A stretch of DNA of 64,000 nt, taken from Octopus vulgaris (Eukaryota). Shown here one piece after another: positions 12,851 through 25,125 of this stretch. The translations under genes were made by a program, and so were the position numbers. Every line of letters starts with the position of its first letter. Position 1 is the first letter of the stretch. The stretch is taken from the NCBI GenBank assembly GCA_951406725.2, contig OX597821.1, positions 70,370,001 through 70,434,000 on the forward strand, in the 5' to 3' direction. The notes under the pieces are model-generated. The model was not told where the DNA came from. It saw only the letters and a list, made by a program, of their open reading frames with translations, and did not search any database.

Positions 12851-14682
12851 ACGTTTTGCGTCATGTTTATTTACTTCTGTCACGTTTGTGTGTGTGTATA
12901 TATATATATATTTATATATCGTGTATAAAGGAGTGAATGGGAAACTTGGGCATACAATTATCTATAAATGATGTGATGGTTCTAAGTTAGAAGCTTTGAT
13001 TCCAGACTTCCATGACAAAAATATCCAGCTATGGGGAAGAAATACCTTACTTGGAAACAAGTGACTGCTGTTGACAGGAAGAGCATCCAATTATAGAAAG
13101 TCTGCCTCAGTAAATTCCCCTAAACACATGCAAGCATAGAAAAGGGTACATTAATTGATGATTATGATGCCTTATCCATAATTACCTTCACAAAATGCAG
13201 TTAATATTCTATGAGATTTGGATTATAACAGCTTCTAAAATAACAGAAACTGTTATCTGCAGATTGGCATCCATCGTGAAAACATTTGCCTAAAACTATT
13301 ATCATAGAACATGGTGCAAAATTGGATAGAAAGAAGAGACTTCTTCAAAGAATAAGTCTAGGCTTGGTTTCTTCACTTTTAAAACATGCTACAGTCCATT
13401 TCTTGACTTCATTGAATCCATGTCTTTAAAAGATGTCAAGCATCATGATTCTCCCCCTCTAAAAGCTTATTTCCTTTGGTCGTATGAGGTGGACGATTCA
13501 AAAGAACCTGATGAAACAGGACAATTCAGGGAACACCAAATTCTAGCTTGACATGGTCAGTTGCTCTTCCTAATTCCAACCAGATTACAGATTTGAAATC
13601 ATTTCCTACTCTACTACAAACAGATTTAGTGAAAAGCATTTATTTTTCAGACTCCTTTTATATACACTTGTATATTTAATCGAGTAAAATAAATTTCAAG
13701 AAATAGATAAAAACAAACAAAATAATTATTGTAAAAATAATGTTTTATTTACATGTTTGGTAAAGTTTATTTACAAGGTGAAATATATACTAAAATATAT
13801 TTTATACTTATATGAATATATATATATATAGAAAAGAATATTGACATGTCTGCTCATATTTACATATTTTAGTGCATATTAAATAATTACAAGTAGAATT
13901 TTTTTACATATACATGCAAACACATGCATATATAGAGGGGTGTCAAATATTCATGATGTAAAACAGTTCTGAAAATATATGTGAAAAATAAAATTTATCA
14001 ATTAAAACAGTGTATGTATATATATTTTATCAAAAGATCCATCATTATTTACAGATATAAATTCATGCATAAAGTTTAAAATGATATGGAATTAATATAT
14101 ACATATACATACAAGTCAATTTATTTACAAGTTGAGACTTTTTAAATTTATATATAAAAAATATAAACTACCAAAATGAAATTTCATATAGATATGGAAT
14201 TGATGTGACAATATTTACAAATATATATACGTATATTTATGTGAATAAACAGAACAATGAAGCAAGGAGATACAGAATTTATGATAAATACAAAAGATAT
14301 TAAATGAATATATACACATCATCTATATAAGCTTTGTGATGCGGATAGTTTTAAAATATATCTACATATAAAAAGAACCAAATCACACTTGGAATAAAGG
14401 AAATATAAATTCTTGCAGTGTAGTCTAATAATCCTTGTTGCTTTAGATTGTTGTAGGAAGAGGAGCACAATTCGAAAAGAGGTGCAACAAGTGAATGAGT
14501 GCTATTCTGAGGAATCACACAACCCACTAGAAATGACAGGTAAATTCCTCAGCAAAACAAATTCTACCATTATACAAATAGGAAGAACACTTTAGTCTAT
14601 ATTCCTCTTGATATCTAAAATGACAGCTTCCTTTCACCATTGAACTGTAGAGTCAGGATTTAGCCAGGATTAAACGCCTGCA

Positions 14683-17600
14683 TCAATCATTATGTCGGTC
14701 CTCAGCACATATTTCATGGTAAGTCTGAAATAGAAAATAAAATACTCTTAGATATTATTTATTGATAATCTTACATATTTCATATATCACACATCATAAT
14801 ATGATCAGATTAAACAGATGCAATTTATCATAAAACATCTAAGCACACATTCAAAAATTTAACAGGGTAGTTAATGACAGTTATTAATTTCACCTTAATT
14901 ATTCCTAATTAATTGCTAATATAAGAAGAAGATGAGAAATTAGAGGAAAGAAGGATTGAGTCAATGACATCACCCACACAAATTAACTGCTAATTATTTT
15001 AATCACTCTGGGAAAAAATAAAATGTTAAAACAAGATCCAACAAGTTTTCACTTCATTAACAAAATAGGAAATAGAAATAAAAAAAAGAAAGACTTACGT
15101 TTCCATCTATATCAATGGCATCATTCAACTGCCATTCACCATCTTCATGATTGAAGAATTCAGTAAACTTTTCCTTACACACCAAACATACCTGTTGAAC
15201 ATGAAATCAGAAGGGATTAGAGAAGATTGTTTCAGCATTAAAAAAAAAAATCAGAGAAATGATAAGAGATTTATGGCCAGAATGATTTATGTGTCTGTAA
15301 ATTAATATTAACCGAGTTGAACAATAACTTGGAATTCACTAATCTATTGAAATATCTGAAATAAATTATACCAATTACTAAAAGAGGAAATCGCCCAGGT
15401 ATTTGTGGAGAGGAATTTACTTGTCGCACTCCTTATTCTAATGCTAGACATGGACTGATATGATTCTGGAAGGTGATGATGTACACAATCATGTGTAACT
15501 TGGAATTGCAATAAGTGAAAGACATCAAGATTGGCTAAAATAAGCTAAAGAATAAAAGTGCAAGAGGTAAGTGTCAGAAATGAACAGAGTCTTTTAATCC
15601 TGGGAATATGGCCATAATGGAGTACATCCATCAATGTATGTGACCAATCACCTCCATACCAATATGTACTTCATCCTGGCACATTGAATACATACAATGT
15701 TTTCACTGAACAGCTAAGTGAGAGGACACAGGCATAAACACATAAATATTACAGTACTTACTGCATAAATACTTATAATATTTCACAATATTTCTATGAA
15801 TTCCTACAATATTAAATACAGGTTTGTATTTATTTATAATTAGAATATATTTTAACATTAAAATATTTAGATTTCAAGCAACACATTTTAAAGGAGAACA
15901 AAGTAGAAATAAAACTAGAAACGGATATACTTACATCATTTCCAGAATGTTTTGTCGGTCCTGTAATATTCTTTTTCTTATTATGTTGGTGTTTTCTCAG
16001 TTGAAGTTCAAACGGGTTTTCTGGAAAATAACCATAATAATAATCACATTAAAACACATATAAAAAACGCCACGAAACAAATCAAAATATTACAACACAA
16101 TTTCTTATTTTGGCCTGTAAACAATATACAACAACAAAAATAAGAGTATATTACTGACCAAACATTTTTATAATTCCTAGATTTACCTTCAGCATAATCT
16201 TCTTGCAGGTACCAGTGCCTGTGTTTGGAATAGTTTCTGTGTTTTGCAAAAGAGTTTTCCCTGAAATGTGCATCCATGTGATCGTTATCAATACTGGATC
16301 TCCTATCACCACAAATCGAACATTGTTTCCCAGAGTAAAGTTGGTGGACGAGTGACTGAGAGACACTAAAAGAGAAAATAATGTCGTTTAGTCAAGATTG
16401 AGAATATGTTTCATGCAAATAGAGATAAATAAATATATTAATTATGATGTGGATTAAGAAAGATTATAATTGAAAGAAAGACGAAATGAACTTACGTTGT
16501 AAAGTTTGTTGTATCAAAATTTGGTAAAATATTCCTCATCTTCTGTTGAGATACGGAAGGGTACATTGGTGTGAGGCTGGACTTCACTTTCAGCTCATTA
16601 CCGTGTTCAAGTTTATACAGCTTCCATTTTGTTTGATTGGTGTTAACTTTCATCTTTGATTCGTTGTAATCTTTCATTGGTTCTTTCTGAAATATAAGGT
16701 GAACGAAATTGTTTATTAAAGACATCATACATATACAAGGGAAAGTGGGGAAATGTGTGCGTGAAACTATCTGGGATCTCAATTCGCATTATTTTCCTTT
16801 GTTTATAATCACATCCATCCACATTTACCTTTACTCTGAATAACTAATAAGCTAGCCACCTCCTTGTGAACAGAAAAGAATGAGATTTCAGCTAGAAATC
16901 CAACAAAGTAAGAACAATTCAAATATTTTGCTGTTCACCAAGAGATATAAAGAGTTTGTTAACTGTTATCGCTAACTTTTATAATATTCAATCTAATTAA
17001 CACTTTTAAAATTAATATAATACAATCGCATAGATTTATAATTTGAAAAAAAAAAGAAAGAAATAACAACATAAACATATTTACTTACATGGAATGCTTT
17101 TACATCGCAAATCTCTCCATTCTGCCTATTTTTGAAAAAATCTTCCACATAATGTACTTTTAAATTACAAGTGTTGTCCTTAATTTTGTCTACGAGAGAT
17201 TTAAAGCGAATTGTCGATTTTATCTTCAACTCGTTGCCATATTTCGCTTTATAATCTTTCCATTTTACTCGATTATTCTCTGATTTCCTTTCTTTTTCTT
17301 CACTTTTGTATTCTTGATTATTCTGAAAATATAGAAATAAAATCCAATAACGTATTAAAGAAACGATGAACTTGTGTCAGACTTTTGAAATCTCAGAAAC
17401 ATTCCTATGAAAATACGATAACATAAAAAAAACAAAAAAAAATGGAGCAAGAACGGATTAAATATAATGATTGTGAAATTACCTGAACATTGTTTACATC
17501 CGTTTTCATTTCAAGAGTACCTGAAGCATCAGGTTGGCCATATTGTTTATTTAATGTTGATAATCTCTGTCCATCCTGTACATGATTGCCGTTAAATTCT

Positions 17601-18119
17601 GAAAATATAGAAACGTTAATTAATTTATTAACATGAAATAATTTACGTATTAAACAAAGACTAACAATAGAAATCATGTATTTAAAGAGTAAAATTATTA
17701 GCAAAGTACTTACCGTGTGTACTTCCATCAGGAGCCTGGAGTACCTTGTTTTGTTGAACAACAGGCGGAATTGTATGATATGAGTCCATAGACACTATTG
17801 GGGATTGAAGCATTGAATTTGAATTGGTGGTGGTTGATTGCGATAAAAGCCATGGTTGCTTTTCATTTTGTCGTTGATAACGGCTTCTTGTATACTGTGC
17901 ATAATGCGATTGCTGCAAATTCCGATGTTGAAGATATCTTCTGCTGCCGTTTCCAAAGCCAGATAGGCTACGATGCCTTTGTAAGCAATAAGGCTGCCAA
18001 CGGTTATTTCTGTAACGATGGTAGTTGTTAAAGTAGGTACCCGTGTTCGATACTTGATACTCTGGCTGGTTTTCTTTCCCTTCTCCTTTCCAAACGTACC
18101 TGCTGTTATTTCGGTTCAT
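14683..18119 (-). CDS. PCF11: PCF11-like zinc-finger protein, copy A (8 exons, 448 aa, no recognisable CID)
   Basis: Exons (minus strand): 18119-17714, 17598-17483, 17322-17089, 16686-16496, 16365-16187, 16020-15935, 15191-15099, 14724-14683. All introns are GT..AG with consistent phases; total 1347 nt, open to TGA. Encodes LYSGKQCSICG..DHMDAHFREN..HRHWY and CLVCKEKFTEFFNHEDGEWQLNDAIDIDGNTYHEIC, which match the two PCF11 C-terminal zinc fingers (LYxGxQCxxCG..DHLDWH..RxWY; CxxCxExF..EW.L..A...DG..YHxxC). It is a paralog, not necessarily the ortholog. Confidence 0.85.
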
Positions 18120-18405
18120 TTCCTTGGCTGCTACTTTACAACGGAATTTAATATACGGCAATGTTATACTGAATAAACCAACCGAAAATGCTGCCCGTGT
18201 TTAATGTCTACAAATAAAACAGTTGTATCTCTCGCGAAAGTGTTTCGATCCTTGTCTGAAGACGCAAAGTGTTGGCTGTTTTTATTTACCTGTGAATAAA
18301 AAAGTAAATTAAAATTTGCGCGCAAACTTCTCATCCAATCAGAAGCCAGATAAATGTCATGTGATCTCATCAGTATTTTCAAAGCAATCACGTGTCACGC
18401 AGCAG
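18120..18405 (-). promoter_or_regulatory. Putative promoter of copy A
   Basis: Same CACGTG, CCAAT and GCGCGC motif set as upstream of copy C. Confidence 0.45.
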
Positions 18406-18444
18406 AAACATTTATCACTTACTACAACACTCCCATGCGATGAC

Positions 18445-18483
18445 AACAATAATAACAACAACAACGACTCACCACCAACACCG

Positions 18484-18524
<41 letters not shown>

Positions 18525-18545
18525 GCTACTACTACTATTACTATG
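18445..18545. repeat. (AAC)n/(ACC)n/(TAC)n compound trinucleotide microsatellite upstream of promoter
   Basis: Seen directly; variable-length homologs at 24715-24805, 32940-33030, 51645-51730, 52270-52360. Confidence 0.9.
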
Positions 18546-19099
18546 CATTGATAACAAAACCCATAAGAAATTCCAAATTTTTCCACGATATATATTTTAA
18601 CAATTTTTCCAGATAATACAGTTCTATTTTTTTTCTCTAATTTTAAAAGTGTTAATTAGATTGAATATATTATTAAAGTAGGCGATAACAGTTAACAAAC
18701 TCTTTATATCTCTTGGTGAACAGCAAAATATTTGAATTGTTCTTACTTTGTTGCGTTTCTAGCTGAAATTTCATTGTTTTCTGTTCACATGGAGGTGGCT
18801 AGCTTATAAGTTATTCAGAGTAAAGGTAACTAAGGACGAAATGGTCCTTTAATACGTTGGTAATGTGGTTAATTAACGAATTTATAAACCCCACATTGCC
18901 TATTCAATCATCTGGATATTTTTATGTAAATATATTTTTAGTTATTATGTCAATGTGGAAACATGTGATTATAAACAAAGGAAAATTATACGAATTGAGA
19001 TCCCAGATAGTTTCACGCACACACACACACATTTCCCCTACTTTCCCTTGTATATGTATGATGTCTTTAATAAACAATTTCGTTCACCTTATATTTCAG

Positions 19100-21123
19100 A
19101 ATGAACCAATGAAAGATTACAACGAATCAAAGATGGAAGTTAACACCAATCAAACAAAATGGAAGCTGTATAAACTTAAACACGGTAATGAGCTGAAAGT
19201 GAAGTCCAGCCTCACACTAATGTACCCTTCCGTATCTCAACAGAAGATGAGGAATATTTTACCAAATTTTGATACAACAAACTTCACAACGTAAGTTCAT
19301 TTCGTCTTTCTTTCAATTATAATCTTTCTTAATCCTCATCATAATTAATATATTTATTTATCTCTATTTGCATGAAACATATTCTCAATCTTGACTAAAC
19401 GACATTATTTTCTCTTTCAGTGTCTCTCAGTCACTCGTCCACAAACTTTACTCTGGGAAACAATGTTCGATTTGTGGTGATAGGAGATCCAGTATTGATA
19501 ACGATCACATGGATGCACATTTCAGAGAAAACTTTTTGCAAAGCACAGAAACTATTCCAAACACAGGCACTGGTACCTGCAAGAAGATTATGCTGAAGGT
19601 AAATCTAGGAATTATAAAAATGTTTGGTCAGTAATATACTCTTATTTTTGTTGTTGTATATTGTCTACAGGCCAAAATAAGAAATTGTGTTGTAATATTT
19701 TGATTTGTCTCGTGGCGTTTTTTATATGTGTTTCAATGTGATTATTATTATGGTTATTTTCCAGAAAACCCGTTTGAACTTCAACTGAGAAAACACCAAC
19801 AGAATAAGAAAAAGAATATTACAGGACCGACAAAACATTCTGGAAATGATGTAAGTATATCCGTTTCTAGTTTTATTTCTAGTTTGTCCTCCTTTAAATT
19901 GTTGTTTTACTTTAAAATTTGTTGCTTGAAATCTAAATATTTTAATGTTAAAATATATTCTAATTATAAATAAATACAAACCTGTATTTAATATTGTAGG
20001 AATTCATAGAAATATTGTGAAATATTATAAGTATTTATGCAGTAAGTACTGTAATATTTATGTGTTTATGCCTGTGTCCTCTCGCTTAGCTGTTCAGTGA
20101 AAACATTGTATGTATTCAATGTGCCAGGATGAAGTATATATTGGTATGGAGGTGATTGGTCACATACATTGATGTGTGTACTCCAGTATGGCCATATTCC
20201 CAGGATTAAAAGACTCTGTTCATTTCTGACACTAACCTCTTGCACTTTTATTCTTTAGCTTATTTTAGCCAATCTTGATGTCTTTCACTTATTGTGATTC
20301 CAAGTTACACATGATTGTGTACATCATCACCTTCCAGAATTATATCAGTCCATGTCTAGTATTAGAATAAGGAGTGCGACAAGTAAATTCCTCTCCAGAA
20401 ATACCTGGGCGATTTCCTCTTTTCGTAATTGGTATAATTTATTTCAGATATTTCTCTAGATTAGTGAATTCCAAGTTATTGTTCAACTCGGTTAATATGA
20501 ATTTACAGACTCATAATTCATCCTGGCCATAAATCTCTTATCATTTCTCTGTTTTCATTTTTTAATGGTGAAACAATCTTCTCTAATCCCTTCTGATTTC
20601 ATGTTCAACAGGTATGTTTGGTGTGTAAGGAAAAGTTTACTGAATTCTTCAATCATGATGATGGTGAATGGCAGTTGAATGATGCCATTGATATAGATGG
20701 AAAGGTAAGTCTTCCTTTTTTTTATTATTTCTATTTCCTATTTTATTAATCAAGTGAAAACTTGTTGGATCCTGCTTTAACATTTTATTTTTTCCCAGAG
20801 TGATTAAAATAATTAGCAGTTAATTTGTGTGGGTGATGACATTGACTCAATCCTTCTTTCCTCTAATTTCTCATCTTCTTCTCATATTAACAATTAATTA
20901 GGAATAATTAAGATGAAATTAATATCTGTCTTTAACTACCCTGTTAAATAAATGAATGTGTGCTTAGATGTTTTATGATAAATTGCATCTGTTTAATCTG
21001 ATCATATTATGATGTGTGATATATGAAATATGTAAGATTATCAATAAATAATATCTAAGAGTATTTTATTTTCTATTTCAGACTTACCATGAAATATGTG
21101 CTGAGGACAGACATAATGGTTGA
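19100..21123 (+). pseudogene. 5'-truncated, frameshifted PCF11-like copy B (exons 4-8 only)
   Basis: Homology starts inside intron 3 at ~18639. Exons 19100-19290, 19421-19598, 19765-19850, 20612-20704, 21082-21123. Exon 5 is 178 rather than 179 nt (aactttttgca vs aactcttttgca near 19531), a frameshift unless it is a sequencing error. No own promoter or exons 1-3. Confidence 0.85.
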
Positions 21124-22559
21124 TGCAGGTGTTTAACCCTGGCTCAATCCTGACCCTACAGTTCAATGGTAAAAGGAAGCTGTCATTTTAGATATCAAGA
21201 GGAATATAGACTAATGTGTTCTTCCTGGTTGTATAATGGTAGAATTTGTTTTGCTGGGGAATTTACCTGTCATTTCTCGTAGGTTGTGTGATTCCTCAGA
21301 ATGGCACTCATTTACTTGTTACACCTCTTTTCAAATTGTGGTCCTCATCCTAGAACAATCTAAAGCAACAAGGATTATTAGACTACACTGCAAGAATTTA
21401 TATTTCCTATATTCCAATTGTGATTTGGTTCTTTATATATGTAGATATATTAAAAAAATGGAGAGCATTATAAAACTATCCGTATCGCAAAGCTTATATA
21501 GATGATGTGTATATATTCATTAATGCCTTTTGTATTTATATAATGTGTGTATCTCCTTGCCTCATGGTTCTGTTTATTCTCATAAATATACTTATATATA
21601 TTTGTAAATATTGTCACATCAATTCCATATCTGTATTTAATTTCATTTTGGTAGGTTATATTTTTTATATATAAATTTTAAAAGTCTCAACTTGTAAATA
21701 AATTTACTTGTATGTATATGTATATATTAATTCCATATCATTTTAAACTTCATGTATGAATTTATGTCTGTAAATAATGATGGATCTTTTGATAAAATAT
21801 ATATACATACAGTGTTTTAATGCATAAATTTTATTTTTCACATATATTTTCATAACTGTTTTACCTCATGAATATTTTACACCCCTCTATATATGCGTGT
21901 GTTTGTATGTATATGTAAAAAAAATTCTACTTTTAATTATTTAATATGCACTAAACTATGTAAATATGAACAGACATGTCAATAATCTTTCCTATATATA
22001 TATATTCATTATAGGTATATAATATATTTTAGTATATATTTCACATTGTAAATAAACTTTACCAAACATATAAATAAAACATTATTTTTACAATAATTAT
22101 TTTGTTTGTTTTTATCTATTTCTTGAAATTTATTTTACTTGATTAAATATACAAGTGTATATAAAAGGAGACTGAAAAATAATGCTTTTCATTAAATCTG
22201 TTTGTAGTAGAGTAGGAAATGATTTCAAATCTGTAATCTGGTTGGAATTAGGAAGAGCAACTGACCATGTCAAGCTAGAATTTGGTGTTCCCTGAATTGG
22301 CCTGTTTCCTCAGGTTCTTTTGAATCGTCCACCTCATACGACCAAAAGAAAGTAAGCTTTTAGAGGGGGAGAATCATGATGCTTGACATCTTTTAAAGAA
22401 ATGGATTCAATGAAGTCAAGAAATGGACTGTAGCATGTTTTAAGAGTGAAGAAACCAAGCCTAGACTTGTTCTTTGAAGAAGTCTCTTCTTTCTATCCAA
22501 TGGTGCCAGCCCTTTCTTCAATAGCAATGGATTTGATTTGTCACCAGTATTCAATCTAT

Positions 22560-22800
22560 ATCTTTGTCAGTGTGATTGTATGTGATAGAAATGAGTTTAT
22601 ATAATGTGCCGGATGCTGAGGTTGCACCTGGAGATGTTTTAGGTAAACAAATCAAACGAGCTACCTGTATTTTGCTAATGTGTAGTATTTTTGGTCAATG
22701 TGATTGTATGTTTTGGAAATGAACCTAAATAAGCTGCAGGATGCTGGTGTTGCACCTGGAGATGTTTTAGGGAAACGAATCAAGTATTTCTATTTTGTTA
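22560..22800 (-). repeat. 128-bp satellite, ~2 units
   Basis: Reverse-complement units (gttgcacctggagatgttttagg) at ~22621 and ~22749. Confidence 0.85.
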
Positions 22801-23709
22801 AAGTGTGGTTTTTATGTTATTCTTATCTTACACTGATTGAAACAGAGTCACTGACTCAAACATCCACAAGCACAGATATATACTCGATGGGCTTCATCAC
22901 AGTTTCTTCTTACCAAATTCTCTAACAACACATTGATCAGGGAAGGTCTATAGCAAAACACATTTATGAAATGTGCCGTGCAGTTCCACTGAACCTGGAA
23001 CCACAAGCTTTCAAATGGTGCTCCTTATCCCCTCCAAACATGCCTACACCTATTGGTCATAATAGCAAACAGCATTTCCTCAGCATCAGTGGAATATACT
23101 AGATAAGTGGCAAACATTAACAGCAATTCTTTAAGTTCTTTATAACATAATATATAAGTTGATTTCGGTGTTATGGACCAATGAAGGAGACTCTACATGT
23201 TTGCTCCATGTGTAAGATATAGGAGGCATATGTTCTTCAAATTATATCACACACTCTGAGGAAAGGCTGGATAGTCATGGTTGGAGTGTAAACATATACC
23301 CTTCAAATTGAGAGTTTGTAATATGGTTGCTGGTACATTATACAGTGCTTTGTTAGTGTCATGCTGGGGCTTTTTGCTACCATATCCATGCATGGTCTTC
23401 TGCTGATACACACTCATCTTTACGTCTGATGATTCACTGTGTCAGTTAAGTGACTTCTTTGAGCATGTACTGAAGGGTAGAGCAAGGAAAATTGCTTGAT
23501 GCAATGCCTTCCATTTATCATGATGTGATCTACATCATGTACATAGGCAGAATGGTTAAAAGATGTTTCTGAAGAGAGAGGATGTGCCATTTGAAAGCAG
23601 TATCGATCGTTGTTAAGCTTCTGCCTCCTGCTTTTCGCTTTTGGAAGAGTCGTTCTACGTTGCTGTTTATCTGAAATTATGTGTGCTGGTCAGTATCTTT
23701 AGATGTTTC

Positions 23710-23925
23710 ACATGTATGTATGTATTTATGTATGTATATATGCATGCAAGTAGGTAAGTAGGTAGGTAGGTAGGAAGCTTGGTAGCTTGATAGGAGGGTA
23801 GGTAGTTAGCTAGTGAGGTAGGCATGTAAGGAGGTTGGTAGGTAGCTTGAAAGGAGGGTGGGTAGTTAGTTAGGTGGGTAGGTATATGATTATGTAGGTA
23901 GGTATGCATGTACGTATATATATAT
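23710..23925. repeat. Degenerate (TATG)n/(AGGT)n tetranucleotide repeat
   Basis: Seen directly; duplicate at 31978-32170. Confidence 0.85.
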
Positions 23926-24839
23926 TATGTATTTATTTAAGTTTGTGCCACTTTGTGCTTGCATTTGCTTCACACCACCACAAGTAAACCGTCGTTGGGT
24001 TGTTTGTGTCACCAAACCTTAGCGATTTATGGAAAGAGTATGGCCAGTACCTCACTGAATATTGCCTTATTCCCTTTACCAGAATTTATTGATGAAAATT
24101 CGTTGCTATATCAAGAATTTTAAAGAATACATTTAGTTTCAACAGAACGTATAATTCCCAAACGATGAAACGCCACAGCAAATAAATCGAAGAATATTTG
24201 TTGTTTAGCGTCAAATCGTAGCAATATAGAATTGGTCCTGAAACATGTTTTTAATAGAAATACAAGGAACCTTTATAATTCTCATGTGTGTTGCTTCTAA
24301 TTGTTTCTTTAATGCCAAAAATGATGAGCAAATGGTATTTTGAGATCAACGTAAAAGCTATTCATTTCAGTAGGTTTCAATGTGACGGCTTCTTTTTAAA
24401 ATAACTTTTTCGAGAATATCTGGAAAATACATTATATACATTTGACAGACATTTGTCCTCATCTTAAATATAGAACCGTGTTATGTAATAGGTACGGAGC
24501 CAACATTGGACTCCAATGGAGACATATAGAGAAACTCAATCAAAAGCTAGCTCGTCAGGTGTGGACAATTATCCGTCAAATGTAAATTAATGTAAATAAT
24601 ATACATATAATGTACATAATTCCTCCTTAAATATAGAACTGTATTATCTGGAAAAAGAGTTAAAATATATATCGTGGAATAATTTGGAATTTCTTATGGG
24701 TTTTGTTATCAATGCATAGTAATAGTAGTAGTAGCAGCAGTAGTAGTAGTAGTAGTAGTGGCGGTGGCGGTGGTGAGTCGTTGTTGTTGTTATTATTGTT
24801 GTCATCGCATGGGAGTGTTGTAGTAATTGATAAAAGTTT

Positions 24840-25125
24840 CTGCTGCGTGACACGTGATTGCTTTGAAAATACTGATGAGATCACATGACATTTATCTGGC
24901 TTCTGATTGGATGAGAAGTTTGCGCGCAAATTTTAATTTACTTTTTTTTTCACAGGTAAATAAAAACAGCCAACACTTTGCGTCTTCAGACCAGGATCGA
25001 AATACTTTCGCGAGAGATACAACTGTTTTATTTGTAGACATTAAACACGGGCAGCATTTTCGGTTGGTTTATTCAGTATAACATTGCCCTATATTACATT
25101 CTATTGTAAAGAAGCAGCCAAGGAA
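24840..25125 (+). promoter_or_regulatory. Putative promoter/5' UTR of copy C
   Basis: CpG-enriched relative to the flanks. CACGTG 24851-24856, ATTGG (CCAAT box) 24906-24910, palindrome TTTGCGCGCAAA 24919-24930, TTTCGCGAGA ~25006, Inr-like TCAGT 25073-25077. Homologs at 18120-18405(-), 33080-33373(+), 51325-51610(-), 52395-52681(+). Function is inferred. Confidence 0.5.

Noticed and set aside
18316-18616. Poly-L/S/Y ORFs resembling signal or membrane peptides (also 24644-24929, 51521-51800, 52199-52484)
   Set aside because: Translations of the trinucleotide microsatellite upstream of the promoter.
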